From the NCBI RefSeq assembly GCF_018350175.1, contig NC_058368.1:78990001-79054000 (forward strand): DNA of 64,000 bases, read 5' to 3'. Positions 25,625 to 39,244 of this stretch are shown here, piece after piece (positions within the stretch are counted from its first letter, which is position 1; each line of letters begins with the position of its first letter). The position numbers were made by a program, and so were the translations under genes. The notes under the pieces were generated by a model, which ran no database searches, was not told the DNA's origin, and saw only the letters and a list, made by a program, of their open reading frames with translations. This DNA comes from Felis catus (lineage: Eukaryota).

Positions 25625-25893
25625 TTGGGGCCCTGATCTGATAGGATTAGTGTCCTTATAAGAAGAGTCATCAGAGAGGATACTCTTGGTGGACACAGTA
25701 AGAAGGCGGCTTTCTGCAAGCCAAGAGGAGACCTCAGTAGAAACTAAGTTGGCTGACACCTTGATCTTGGACTTCCCAGACACTAGAACTATGAGAAAAT
25801 AAACTTTGTTTTTGTTTTTTTTTTTGTTTTTTTTTTTTTGGTTAGCTGCCCAGTCTGTGGTATTTTGTGATGGCAGTCGAGGCTGGCTAGGAT
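25625..25893 (+). mobile_element. MLT1-type (ERVL-MaLR) solo LTR fragment
   Basis: ggattagtgtccttataagaagag; caccttgatcttggacttcccag; cccagtctgtggtattttgt. Confidence 0.8.
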
Positions 25894-27034
25894 ATCTGTG
25901 TTTGTAGAGTGTCCCTACGGTGTCTATATGTAGCAAACCTGGACAAGTTATATTGGGAAGTTTTGGGTGCTTGTTCTTCTTATAAAATACTCTTGTGTTA
26001 ATGGAAGGAAATACAGTTTATGTGCACATAACCTGTGGTTTCAACAACTCATCCTTTCTACCTTTTTGTACATTTACTCAGCAACATTTAGTGGATATTC
26101 AAGATCCACTCTGGCTTTCTTTCCTTCAGAAAATGGTTCATAAAATCTCAGATTGGTTTGTGTCTCTTCTCTAAGCTTCAGGAAGGGCTCGTGTAATACA
26201 CTTATTATAAATGCACCCTGGAAATAGCCCCTCATGTAGCCAACGTCAACCACTAGACCAGAGGCCAGCAAACTACAGCTCCTAGGCCAGATCGTGTCCC
26301 CTACTTTCATATGGCCTGAGAGCTAAAAGTGTCCTTTAAATTTTAAATGGTTCCATGCATAGCCACGTACTATCCTCAATCTTGTCTCTTGGCAAGCAAC
26401 AGCCTAAAACATTTACTCTCTGACCCTTTACAGAAAATACTTAAGTAGTGAGCCCTCACCGGGCCATAGGCTCCTTGGATGGGGCACCGGTGTCACTGTG
26501 TGCCTGGGATCTAGCAGAATGCCAGTCACCCTCTGTGAAACTGAACGGGAAAGATCTCGTGTGCTTTTCTATCTCAGTGACTTTCCCTGATGTTGGTCTG
26601 ATTCTCTGGTTTGTGAGACTGTTCAGATGGCATTACAAAGGGCTCGCTCTCAGCACTCGATTCTGTAGAAGATAAAACCCCACGTCCGTGGCTTGCAACA
26701 GCAAAGGTTTATCTCTCGCTTGCCCTCCTCTGACTGTGATTTAGATGCAGCACACCTGAGCTCCGACCAGCTCTGACCGGGGGCTCCTTTTCATGATGGG
26801 CCCCAGGAAGAGCTGAGACATAGGACGTGCCCTTTCTGTGTCAGAGGAGGAAGAGAAAAGGTCTAAGTGGCTGTTACAGCTTCTGTCCAGCTGTGGTTTT
26901 TGTCACTACCTTATATTCCTTGCTTTCAGTCAGTCCCTTGGCCAAAGCCAAGGTGGAGCAAGGAATACAGTGGAGAATTGTTCTGCTCATAGGAGGTACT
27001 ATAAAACACACAACAGAGTGGGAATGTGTCTACT

Positions 27035-27239
27035 TTTTTTTTATTAAAATTTTTTTTTAACATTTATTTATTTTTGAGAGACAACGTGAGCAGGGGAGGG
27101 GCAGAGAGAGAGGGAGACACAGAATCTGAAGCAGGCTCCAGGCTCTGGAGCCTGACGTGGGGCTCGAACTCACAAGCCGTGCGATCATGACCTGAGCCGA
27201 AGTCAGACGCTTAACCGACTGAGCCACCCAGGCACCCCG
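27035..27239 (-). mobile_element. CAN-SINE with a short internal deletion
   Basis: Reverse-strand SINE; TSD gaatgtgt..actt. Confidence 0.9.
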
Positions 27240-27699
27240 AATGTGTGCACTTCCTGCTCGGTTTATCTGTTGCGGTGTATCAGACAGCCCCAAAGCTTCG
27301 TGGCATAGAACGACAATTCATTATTTCTCCTGGTTCTGTGGGTTAACTGGGCTCAGTTGGGCAGTTCTTGCTAGGGGTCTTTCTAGAAGCTACTGCCAGG
27401 TAGAAGATGATCATGTTAGCCAGGCTGACAGCTTCTTCGCTCCCATGTCTCGGGCCTCGCTGCTTCTCCAGCAGAACCATTCAGACCTCTTAGTCAACAG
27501 CTCACACTTCCTGGGGCAAGAAAGGAAGCTTGAAGTCGTCCTAGCGGCGGGGCCTGGAACTAGGGGCACATCCCTGCCCTTGCATTTTTTTGGTCAAACA
27601 GTTGCCAGCCAACCCAGATCTTTCCCCCTGGGAGAAGCCATTGATAGTAGCCAGTGCCAGAACGACACCCATATACTCTTAAAGGGAGAACGTGCAAGG

Positions 27700-27890
27700 A
27701 TCCGGCTCCAGCTCAGGTCATGATCCCACCTGTCTGTGGGTTCAAACCCCGCGTCGAGCTCTGTGCTGACAGCTCAGAGCCTGGAGCCTGCTTCAGATTC
27801 TGCGTCTCCCTCTCCATCTCTCCCTCCCCAGCTCATGCCCCCCCCCTCAGAAAGAAACATTTAAAATTAATTAAAAAGTTAAAAAAAAGA
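27700..27890 (+). mobile_element. 5'-truncated CAN-SINE
   Basis: Begins at tccggctccagctcaggtcatgatc; has body and A tail. Confidence 0.85.
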
Positions 27891-30296
27891 ATCTTTCATA
27901 GCTATGCCTGGGTGTATGAACTTCTATTATCTCCTCTCTCCCCAGTAAGTATATGTGAGTTCAGTGCGTTGAATAACATAATACCATCATTTTTATTTTC
28001 CATATTCTAGAATCGAGGGAAGAATAGTATGAGGCAATGCTGAGGAAATTGTTTTGAGGAGTCCTTAGAGCAATGGTACCTTGTACCTTCTCAGGTGCCC
28101 TGCCATCATTCTCCAGAGCTTTCTTTAATGCCCTGTGTGCTGGGGACATTGCAACTAACCCCGCTGCCCAGCAGAAATCCAGGCGCATGCCAGACCTTAG
28201 TGGCATGAATCTCTGCTCTCCTCGGAGCACTAGCCTCTATGTTTTCATCTTCTTCCAGATACAGCAGGGAAATGTGTTGGAATCTAGCTCTGGATGCGGG
28301 GTGGCAAGCTTGAGGGCTTTAGCCCCTCATTCATCTGTGGACTCGTTTGTGGTCAGCAGGGGACAGTGGGACGGCATCACTCCCGGGTTGGCCGTTTGAA
28401 GAGGTGACTTTATTTGGAAAAGACTCAGAAGGACTTGTCGGCGAGAAGCACGCCCTCGGATCTGTGCTCTGACACTGGGGCTGGATGAGATCCCTCTTAG
28501 AAATAGTCTGAATCATCTACTTGTTTAAATGACCCCGTCGTTGCCCAACAGTCAGGCTGTGAAGGAACACGGCCGTGATACGAAATCGGGCGCAGGGAGA
28601 GGGATGAAGCGAGCCACACTTCAGTTTCTTGGATTAAATTCACGGGTGGCGGCTGCCCAGTGAACAGTCACGAGAACTGTGGGTCTGAGTCAGGGATCTT
28701 GTAAAAGTTCCCCTCGTTCCGCCAAGTGCTGCCGGTTACTGTCGATGGGCTTTAATAGAAACGTGAGCTATTCAATGTCCCCAAAGCTTTAACTGGCAAA
28801 AGACATCTTTTCTTCAGGCTTAATTTTGCCAAGGCTTACTGTGTTCTTCCTGCTAAAGCCGATCCACAGGGTTGGCTTTGTGAAGTTTGGGAGGAGGGGA
28901 TGTGTTGTTCTTCAGTGAAATGTGAATCAGGAAAGGGAAGCGGAAGTCACAGGTTCTAGAAGCCATTTCAGTTTATATTCTTGCAGGGAGTCTGTTGTGC
29001 TCCTCAGTGGATTATGAATCGTAACGTCTCCCGTAATCTACTCTGGGCACCTGAAGACTTTTTCTATAAAGGACCAAAGGGTAACTGTCGTAGGCATGCA
29101 GGCCACACGGTCACTGCTGTGACAGCTCAGCCCTGCATGTGGCCCCACACAGCCCCAGACTGCGTGGGCACAAATGGGTGAGGGGGGGCTGTTCCAGACA
29201 ACCGTGCTGGCAGGAAATGGGGTGAGTGGCTTGTGCCCAAAGGCAGCTGACCCTTTATCTAGTCCCATGCACCCCCTTCCGGTGGAGCTGGGGGAAAGTT
29301 TCTATAGAAAGGGAGCAGGTAGGGAGAGGTGACTGATGTTTGCTTTGCTGCTTCTGTAATCTGGCTCAGATCTGTAATTCTGCTCTTGTGCATCACGTGT
29401 TCTCCCAGGACAGCATTCATTCACCCGTTCATTCATTTTTATCTCTTCCTTATATAACCTCCCATTTTTGTGTTATTGGAGCATTTTACTGCATCGATGT
29501 CATCAAGATGGGAAGTCACTGTCACCAGTGGCAGCATGGGCATCTTCCCCGCGTGTGACTGGTGCCCAATGGGTCAAGCTCCAGATCTACACTTTGCACT
29601 CATTATTCTGCTCCTCATAATAACCTTTTGAGACAACTCCTCTCATCACACAGATATTAGTCATTATGCCATTGCTAATTTCCGGCTTTGATGTAAATGT
29701 GCCTGGAGGGCGTTCATCAGCCCTGAGCAGGCACGGGCCATCACCAAGCACATCCTCACCACACCCCTATGACTCGCACTGGTGGTCGCATCCTGATTTG
29801 TAGCCGAGAAAATTCAGGTCCCAAGAGTTAGGGGCCGGCTCGCACCTCTCGTCCCTGACACTGTTTTTAGCCTCTCCCCGGTACCGGTCTTGTACTGACA
29901 TTGACCGTGTTCCCATCCACGTCTTCCACTACCGCGTGCTGTGCATCGTCTTCGTGCTTCATTGTCATCAGCAGTCACAGGCAGAAGCACCTCTACCTCA
30001 GTAGGGAGAATAAATCCCTGGAGATTTCTAAAATTCAGCCCTGCAGAGAGCCCTGCACTCTGGATTTTCTTTGCTCTATTTCCTGAAAACTGATCCAGTT
30101 AATTTCACCGAGTTTCCCACCCTCCCCAGCGACCTTGTGTATCCATGCAACGGCAGCATGCGGCTGGTGGAGGCAGTATGGGAGCATCAGTCAGGGCCTC
30201 TGGAAAAGAGCTCCAAGACAGTAGGAAAGCTCCTTGGAAGCACCGTTTCTCCTTGGAAACGGAGAACTGCACAGTCTCACTTAAAATAACAAGAGT

Positions 30297-30530
30297 GGGG
30301 CACCCAGGTGGCAATCAGTTTAGCATCTGACTCTTGGTTTCTTCCCAGGTCATGATCCCAGGGTCGTGGGATCAAGCCCTGAGCGGGTGTCTGCACTGAG
30401 CATAGAGCCTGCTTGAGACTCTCTCTCCCTCCCTCTGCCCCCCTCCCCTTCTCATGTGCACGCGCGCTCTCTCTCTCTCTCTCACAAATATAAATAAATA
30501 AATAGCAAATAAATAAGTAAATAAAAAAGC
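30297..30530 (+). mobile_element. Older CAN-SINE
   Basis: ggggcacccaggtggc head, (CT)n tract, (TAAA)n tail. Confidence 0.85.
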
Positions 30531-32254
30531 AAAAACAGGAACATTTTACAACTTTATAACAAGACCTTGGAAACAATACCCCCAACCGACCAGCCTAAAA
30601 TAATCTACCAAACATTTCCACTTGAGGAAGCATCCAATAAGAAACTGATGGGATCAGAGTCATTATTGCTGCTTCGGGAAAATAGACACGAAGCTACATT
30701 CGGCATGCATTCAATGTTTTGACGATTCTGTTGCATCTCTAATACAATTTGGGGAGTGCAGTAAAAAATTCAGTCCCAGAATTCTGAATCTTGTTATTTA
30801 TGACTTGATTTACCTGGGCTTCCCCAGTTCCCTCCACTGATATATCTTAATGTTTTTAGTTGTAAGTGATGTCAGACAGAGCATAATCACAAGGTGACGT
30901 TGCCTTCCAGGGCCAAACCAGTCTTAAATATTTACTTACAAGGTGCTCGTTACATTACTTAATAAACTATTTAATTCTGTTTATACAACAACAGTGGTTT
31001 TTTAATGTGACCATTAGTATGTATAGTTTTCACTGATTATATCTGAGCGACCTCAACAATTCAGGAGTCTGCAGAGAACCTCAGAGCATCATTGGGATCT
31101 TTGAGGGGACCCAATCAATAGCATCGTTTTCCTTATCCAATTTTTGACTGAGATGAGAAGAGAAAATGGTCAAAATATCACTTTTCGTAGACGGCGCTAG
31201 GTGAAAGAGACAGACGTGCCCACTAATAGGGCCAAGCCAGGATTAGCAGCCTGACCCCTAAGTTAGAGACAGCGTGGGCCCAGTTGGGCTCTCCCATGAG
31301 GGAGGCTGTTCAGGGAAGGCTGGCTGCTTGGAGAAACTGAGGAAAACCACCAACGGTCTTTGTGAGCAGTTTGCTCGTTAGCAGCTGAGGATGCTATGTG
31401 TTTTTCTCACCAAAATTGCCAGTCCGACTGGTCTGTCACTACACCTCCCTCAGGAAGTGTGCAGGATTGGGTGGCCAGAGGATCATCCCACCTCGATCCG
31501 TAAGGAGACAGCAGAAAAGAAGAGGAAGCTTCCTCCGTGGATCTCTGTGGCATTTTGTGTGCTGGGACGTTGGACTCCTCCAGTGAACCTGTCACCAACC
31601 TGGGGTGTGGCTGTTCCCTGAGGGGACATCCAGTCCTTCAACCCATCCTGTCTCCCATCATCATGAGCACCCCACTGGTTCTCTGGGTCCACTTCTGGGG
31701 CACCTGATAAGCAGTATAGATTTTGCACCCAAAGATTCTGAAGTGGGCCAAGAGTGCATTATTTTAATTGACTTCAAGGGCACTCTATATTCATGGCTGA
31801 AAGTGCATTTTATTTTCTGTTGCAAACCCTGTCTAGACACGGTGTCCAACTGAGTCTCCCAGAAATGCTACAACTGGACTAGATGAAAATATCAAAATAA
31901 AACAAAAGAGTGACTCAGACAGTAAAACCCCAGTAGCCTAGATATTCCCCAAATTTGACTTTACATTTTCTTCCATTATTAAGTTCCCAGGGAGAAATAA
32001 AAGTTCAAAGATTAATGCGTCCTGTAAATTGAAGTCCAGAGATACTCAATTCCAAAGGAATTGAAATCCCAAATCTGATTATCTTGCCTTGCTGAGTTAA
32101 ATGCCCAGAATTCCATATGCATAAGTTAAGTTTCTATTTCTCAACCATTCTTTCCATTTTCTTGCTTGGCTGAGACTAGCTAAAGAGATTCCAGATACCT
32201 TGGTTGAGCTGGGGACTCTTCAGCATAACTGTGCAAGCAATCGGTCACTGCAGT

Positions 32255-32690
32255 GGTCTGTGGAGCTCCCATCACAGAAAACCACAGGCTGGTGGCTTAA
32301 ACGACAGATGCAGATTTTCTCACAGTCCCAGAGACTGGAAATCCAAGATCAACATGGCAGCGGGGTGGGTGTCTGGTGAGGGCTCTCCCCTAAGATGGCA
32401 GACAGCTGCCTTCTTGCTGTGAACTCCCAATGCCTTTCCGGGAAGCGTGCACACAAACAGAACGAGACAGTGAGAATCAGGCACAGAGAAAAAGAAACAG
32501 GAAGAATGCTCTCTGGTGTCTTTACTTATAAGGACACAAGTCCTATTGAATTAGGACTCCACCCTTATGACCTCGTCTAACCTTAATTCCTTCCTAAAGG
32601 CTCTCTTGACAGATACAGTCATCAAATACTGGGTATCAGAGCTTGAAAATGTGAATTTTGGAGGGTGGGGCAACACATTCAGTCCATAAG
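32255..32690 (-). mobile_element. MLT1-type solo LTR
   Basis: ggtggcttaaac...tctcacagt...tccaagatcaa...tctggtgagggc...cttataaggacac...cccttatgacctc...acattcagtccataa. Confidence 0.85.
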
Positions 32691-32914
32691 TAGTCATCCT
32701 TCTGGATATGAGTAATTCAACCTCAAATGTTGTGTTGACTCAGCACCATGACTCCTCTCACCTTCACATTGAGGGTCTGATGAGTAAATAGTGGACATGA
32801 GGTTATTCGAACGTCATCATACACACTAAATGTAGAAACCTAACCCTAGTCTATGGAGCAGGATACCACAAGCAGAATTATTCTAAAATCTAATATTTGC
32901 TGTTGCCAATGACA

Positions 32915-33047
32915 AGGGTGACCGCATAGCCTCTTGATCAAACCTAGGCATGTTTTATAGTGGAATGGGGAACAATTAATAATTTTGACAGGAATACAGG
33001 TATAAACTGGGACTGCCCCCTGGCAAACCAGGACACTGCCCCCCTAG
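32915..33047. mobile_element. MER94-like hAT MITE remnant
   Basis: agggtgacc end; caggtataaactgggactg...gcaaaccaggac resembles the recalled consensus. Confidence 0.55.
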
Positions 33048-35251
33048 CACCCTTGCACCCACCTTTTCATGAATCTCGGCACATTGCCAGGATGCTTTAA
33101 CCTCTGCCGTGCCCAGGGGATGCAAGCCCTCTTAAGGAAAACCTTTTATTGTGTGCACGTAACAGGTGGCCAGCCACTAGGCGTTGAATAAACTAAGACA
33201 TGAATGAATACTGTTTTAGTTTTCTGTATAGTTTTATACTTGAGCTCTGAATTTTGTGTCCAAGTTGTAATATTCAATGGTATCCTATACAAGATTGATT
33301 AGAGGGCCGAAAGAGTTGTCAGTATCTAACCAGCTGAAAATGCGTGTTTTAATTATGCCAAGATATTTCCATTTTAGGGCAACCTTATAGACTTTAGTAT
33401 GAGACAGTGATTCCGGCTTGCCTTGGCCACAGTTTAATAATATTCTCTCTCACTCCCTCCAAAATACCATGAGCCATTCTCCAAAATTTCGAGTTATTTG
33501 ATAACTATACAATAGTGACTGGATTTGTACTCCCATATTGATTTAAGAAATAGCTTCATTTGATTTTTTTTTTCCTGTTCTTTGAAATGCTTTAACTGAA
33601 GGCAATTTCTGCGATACCATACGGGTGGAGAATCAATTTATGCAGTAGGAATGTATTTAGGAATAAAAATACCAAATCACAGTAGACTCTACAGATGATC
33701 TATGTTTAGGGGAGACGCTATTTTTAACGAAGTAACTTACAGTTAGAGCTGACCCACTTTGTGGTCTTTCCACAATATACTCACTTGAATATACTATACC
33801 TATGTTATTGCAAGACCCAATTGCTAAACTTGAAAACTTACTTTTGTGGCATTTCAGTAAGCAAATATTTATATTATATGAAATAAATATTTCTACCTTG
33901 AGCAGAATGTATTTAACTTTAGAATAAAAGCAATTTGTCTTATTGTTCGGAAACCCATAGTTTTAAGGAATTAATAGTTTTCAAAACATGGTGATGATAA
34001 CATATTTTTAAACTTCAGTATTCTTACAAATCTCTCCATTTATGACACAAAGTCCCAACATATTTCTGTATAGTGCCTCGTCTACTCTCTCCATAACCGG
34101 AGAGATAGGATAAGTTATATTAGGAAGGAACTCATAATATATTCAAAACAATGAAATCTGCAGAAAAAGGAGCCCTACAGAATGCCCTGAAAATTATCAA
34201 TGCGCCTAGTGAGGGATTCAAGAGGCAAATACATTAATAGGAATAATTTGAAGTATCTCAGCAGACAGATGGTTAGAGATAAGGGGCGATGTGACTTTTT
34301 TCCCAATCTGATCATCATGACATCCATGAGAGATGTCCTATACATCATTTCAAGCTTGGCTTTTATAGAATTGTCAAGAAAAAACCTTTTAAAAGGAGTC
34401 ATTACATGGTCTATTAAAAATTTGACTGGTCTCGTCCCAGTGAGAGAGAGGTGTATTTGGAGCAAGTGTAGATTCAGAATAATCTGTTCTCTATGCCCGC
34501 TACTCCCCACAATCAAGATCAACATTGACACCATAATCATCTTCCCACACCAGAATTAAATAGGTCAGCACTGTGTCATTAGATACTTTTATGTGTTGAC
34601 TTCTAGTTCTTTATTATGCCTTGGCCATTGTTCCAAATGAAGTGTAAACATTCTGATACAGGACATGCATCATCCCTAGCCCCAACCCAGTGCCCTCATT
34701 CATGGTGGTTGATTGCAGGTCTGTGTTCCAGTCATGTGTCCTGCTTCACAGGTGCTCTAGCGTTACACTACAGATTGGTCCCTCTTAGTGAACCAATCTT
34801 AGTGAATACTCTTGTGATGCATGTGCACTGAGAATGGTTAGTTTCTACAAGACATGCTACAGTGTACCTTAGAAATGCAGTGTTAAAGGCATTTTTCCTC
34901 TTCTGGCTCTTTATTATTGGAATAGAAAGATTTGAAATAAAGAAGAGTTTTCTCTTCCCGTTGTACCATAATATATTCTCATGGTCTTATTTAGATACCA
35001 CTTTAATGACACATACCAGTCTCCTATTTTAGACCGTGTCCCCAACACCTAACATGGGGCCTGGTACAAGGCCTAATAATTACGTTGCTATTTTTGAAAT
35101 AATTAACAAAATATTCAGGTTATCGCTGGGAATTTTCCAGGGAATGCTCTTAACTCCTTATGCCTCTCCTAATGTGTGTAGACCTGTTATTAAGTGCACA
35201 CACGTGCACTCGGGCATTCACACGCACACCAAACATTTTTCAGACCAAATT

Positions 35252-35419
35252 CTTTTTTTTAAGGGGGTGGAGGAGCCAAGAGAGAAAGAGAGAGTCTCAC
35301 GCAGGCTCTACACCCAGTGAGGAGCCCGATGTGGGGCTTGATCACAAGACCCTAAAATCATGACCTGAGCTGAAATCAAGAGTCAGATGCTTAGCCAACT
35401 GAGCCATCCAGGCATCCCT
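35252..35419 (-). mobile_element. Older CAN-SINE
   Basis: Reverse-strand SINE; TSD caaattcttt. Confidence 0.85.
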
Positions 35420-35523
35420 AGAGCAAATTCTTTAAATCAGTGCCTCTCAACCATACTAGCTCAGTAGACTCACTTAGTTCAAAAAAATTTTTTGGATGGC
35501 TGGGTTGAGGCCTGGGCAGTAGT

Positions 35524-35586
35524 TAGGATTGCCAGGTAAGACACAGGATACCTAGTTAAATTAAAATTTCAGATAAACAACAAATG
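35524..35586. mobile_element. MER53-like hAT fragment
   Basis: ttgccag...acaggatacctagttaaatt...atttcagataaacaac. Confidence 0.55.
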
Positions 35587-36679
35587 TTGAAAATTGACAA
35601 AAATGATGACGTCTTAGGGATGCCATGTTCCCGGGATCATAGTTTTAAACACTACTCTCTCTTTTCCCTCCCCTTACCTTCTCTCCATACTCTGACCTTC
35701 TTTCCTTTCATAGATAGCTGTGGATCATCCCCTATATAGAGGAAACTTTTAGCTACACTAGCTAATTGAAGTCTTTTGCAATTCTTGTAGACTATGATAT
35801 TCAAATCCATTATTTGTATAAGATAGGTTTCCATTTTCTATTTGTTTCACATTAATGATTGCTAAATATTGAGTAAGAGTGTTGAGTGAAAGAATGGGAC
35901 ATCTTTATATCATACTATGGAGTCTAAATTTGATGATCTCTACTCCAATTATTCAAAAAAACTAAGAAAAAAATTATTTTCTTTAGTGTACATTTTAAAC
36001 TGGGTCCTCTTCTTCTGAGATAAGAAGTATCCACTTACACCAACAGAAAAATATAGAGATACATATTTTCCTATACAGATATGTATTTCCATATACTTTT
36101 AGCACAACTGCAGTCATATACAGTAAATGTGGCCATTGAGGACGTGGAGAGTCCATTAACTCTCACTAACGGACTAAACCGTATTATGACCAAATTACTC
36201 TGTAAAACTTACAGGCACATGAAAAAATAACCTGTTTTTTTTCTACCTTTCAGCATATCCCATTGGGAATAATCCTTATCCATTAAATACACTTATAACA
36301 TCAAAAATGCAACACATCAAATACCAGTGACTGACATTTAATGGTTTTGCTGTTGATCACACTGTCAGAACGTGTGTTATGTATGCTACTCCTCCAGCAG
36401 TTACGTGAGCTACCTTTTCATCAACATCTCAGACCACTCACTTCCTCTGAATCCATTTTCCTTGCTTTCTTCCACCCAGAGGAGATACTCTTCTGGCGTT
36501 TACTTACATGCAAACTGAACATCAAAAGGAGTGAGTACTTTGGTTCCTATTGTAAACATCCAGAACATATTTTTTTGTTACATTTCTCTGAGTTCTTTGT
36601 ATGGATGTTCATTCATTTCTAAAATTTTTAACAGTTTTAATGAAATACAATTGACATGCGATCAAATACATCTGTTTTT

Positions 36680-36885
36680 TAAAATTTTTTTAACATTTAT
36701 TTATTTTTGAGAGACAGAGTGTGAGCAGGGGAGGGGCAGAGAGAGAGGGAGACACAGAATCTGAAGCAGGCTCCAGGCTCTGAGCTGTCAGCACAGAGCC
36801 TGACGTGGGGCTCCAACCCACGAACAGCGAGATCATGACCTGAGCTGAAGTTGGATGCTTAACAGACTGAGCCACCCAGGCGCCC
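36680..36885 (-). mobile_element. CAN-SINE (Fc2-like)
   Basis: Reverse-strand SINE; short TSD ctgttttt. Confidence 0.92.
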
Positions 36886-37560
36886 CTGTTTTTTCGGTTT
36901 TTAAAAAACGACAGGTTTTGATATCAACCTACATCCTGGAAACCATTCCACAAACTTGACGTCCCACTAAAGATTACTTCTCGTCCTTGGTACTCTGGCC
37001 TTCCCACCCACCCCTGCTTCTCCAGCACCAAACAAGCATTGGTATGCTTTTGTTTACTATCAATTAGTTTCATTTTCTGAGATATCATACAAACACAGTC
37101 ATAAAGTATGTACTTTTTTTTTGCTCTAGCTTCTTTCACTCAGCACAGTATTGTTGATGCTCAGACATAGAGTTGTATGTATCCATAGTTCACAGAGTGG
37201 TGTTGCTTTTGTATGTTATGCACCTGTTGACAGACAGTTAGGTCGTCCCCAGCATTTGGTGATGACAAGTGGAGCCAGTATGACATTTTGTGTACAAGTC
37301 TTTGTACGGTCATGTTTTCATTTTGGGGGTGGAGTCAAGGGTGAAAATATAAGAGTGGAATGGCTGAGACATATGGTTAGTATACATTTAACTTTTTAAG
37401 AAACTGCCAAACTGCCTTCCAAAGTGGACATAGCATTTTGTATTCCTGCTGGTAGGGTATGGGAACTCAATTACTCACACAGTCTTTAGCACTTGGTTTT
37501 ATCAGCCATTTCAGTTTTGGCGTTCTACTGGATATGTGCTGATATCTCATCGTGACTTTA

Positions 37561-37644
37561 CTTTCTTTTTTCTTTTCTTTTCTTTTCTTTTCTTTTCTTT
37601 TCTTTTCTTTTCTTTTCTTTTCTTTTCTTTTCTTTCTTTTCTTT

Positions 37645-37685
<41 letters not shown>

Positions 37686-37885
37686 TTTCTTTCTTTTTTG
37701 ATAGAGAGAGAGAGAGCACACACACACACTCAGGGGAGATAGGGGCAGAGGGAGAGAGAGGGAGAATCCTAAGGCTTTACACTCAGTGTAGAGCCAGACA
37801 CAGTACTTGATCCCACAACGCTAAGATCGTGACCTGAGTCGAAATCAAGAGTCAAACACTCAACTGACTGAGCCATCCAGGTGCC
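37561..37885 (-). mobile_element. Older CAN-SINE whose tail has become (GAAAA)n/(GAAA)n (37561-37699)
   Basis: SINE head at about 37885 reading leftwards; the STR occupies the poly-A tail position. Confidence 0.88.
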
Positions 37886-38252
37886 TCATTTTGCTTTTTT
37901 CTAGTGACTAATGATATTGAGCATCTTTCCATAGGCTTATTTACCATCCATAGGTCTTCTTTGCTGAAGTTCCTATTCAAATATCTTGCCTAACATTTCA
38001 TTGGGCTTAATTGTTTTTAGAGTTCTTTGTAGATTCTGAAGACACATATGAATTAAATATCTAATTGGCAAACATTTTTCCCAAGATTGTGTCCTATCCT
38101 CTATGTTGTGGAAAAGATTGTGTAGAATAGGCATTAATTTTTCTTTCCGTATTTGGTAGAATTTGCTTAGTGACGCCATTTAAGTGTGGAGATTTCTTAT
38201 TTTGAGAGATTTTAAGTCTGAATTCAATTTCTTTAATATTCCAGGGCTATTT

Positions 38253-38419
38253 GGGGCACCTGGGTGGCTCAGTCTGTTAAGCATCCGACTTTGGCTCAGG
38301 TCATGATCTCATAGTTTGTGAGTTCAAGCCCCACGTCAGGCTCTGTGCTGACAGCTTAGAGCCTGGAATCTGCTTCAGATTCTATGTCTCCCTTCTCTCT
38401 CTGCCCTTCTCCTGCTCAC

Positions 38420-38466
<47 letters not shown>

Positions 38467-38490
38467 AATAAACATTAAAAAAATTAAAAT
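38253..38490 (+). mobile_element. CAN-SINE
   Basis: Full body with long (CT)n; TSD atattc(c/t)agggctatt. Confidence 0.92.
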
Positions 38491-38782
38491 ATTATTCTAG
38501 GGCTATTCATGTTACCTATTTTATCTTGGTTGGATTTTAGTAATTTGTGGGTTTTGAGGAATAGTTCTATTTCATCCAAATTGACAAATTTATCTATATG
38601 GAGTTGTTTATATCATTCTCTTATATACTTTTAATATCTACAGTGTCCGTGACAACATCCTTTCCTTTGCTCCTAATACTGATAATTATATGTTCTGGGT
38701 TTGTTTGTTTGTGTTTTTTTTTTTTTTTTTTTTTTTACGAGTCTAGGGTTTTATCAATTTTATTCATTTATTCAAGAAGCCA

Positions 38783-39008
38783 GTTTTTTTTTTAATTTTT
38801 TTTCAACGTTTATTTTTATTTTTGAGACAGAGAGAGACAGAGCATGAACGGGGGAGGGGCAGAGAGAGAGGGAGACACAGAATCAGAAACAGGCTCCAGG
38901 CTCTGAGCCATCAGCCCAGAGCCCAACGCGGGGCTCGAACTCAAGGACCGCAAGATCGTGACCTGGCTGAAGTCGGGCGCTTAACCGACTGTGCCACCCA
39001 GGCGCCCC
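38783..39008 (-). mobile_element. Young felid SINE (Fc1-like)
   Basis: Fc1 diagnostics on the reverse strand; TSD agaagccagttttt. Confidence 0.93.
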
Positions 39009-39077
39009 AGAAGCCAGTTTTTGATTCTGATTATCTCTATTGCTTTATGTTCAAGTAATTTCATTGGTTTCTCTTCA

Positions 39078-39244
39078 TTTTTTGAGGTTCATGTATTTAT
39101 TTTGACAGAGAGAGAGTGTGTGGAGGAGGGGCAAAGAAAATGAGAGAAAGAATCCCAAGCAGGGATTGGGTCTCAAGATCATGAAATCATGACCTCAGCT
39201 GAAATCAAGAGTCAGACATTTAACTGACTCAGACATCTGGGCAC
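39078..39244 (-). mobile_element. Degenerate older CAN-SINE
   Basis: gaatcccaagcagg...atcatgacctcagctgaaatcaagagtcagac. Confidence 0.8.

Noticed and set aside
37467..37742. Lys/Arg/Glu-rich and Phe/Ser/Leu-rich ORFs (also 24561-24839)
   Set aside because: Translations of (GAAA)n/(GAAAA)n microsatellites.
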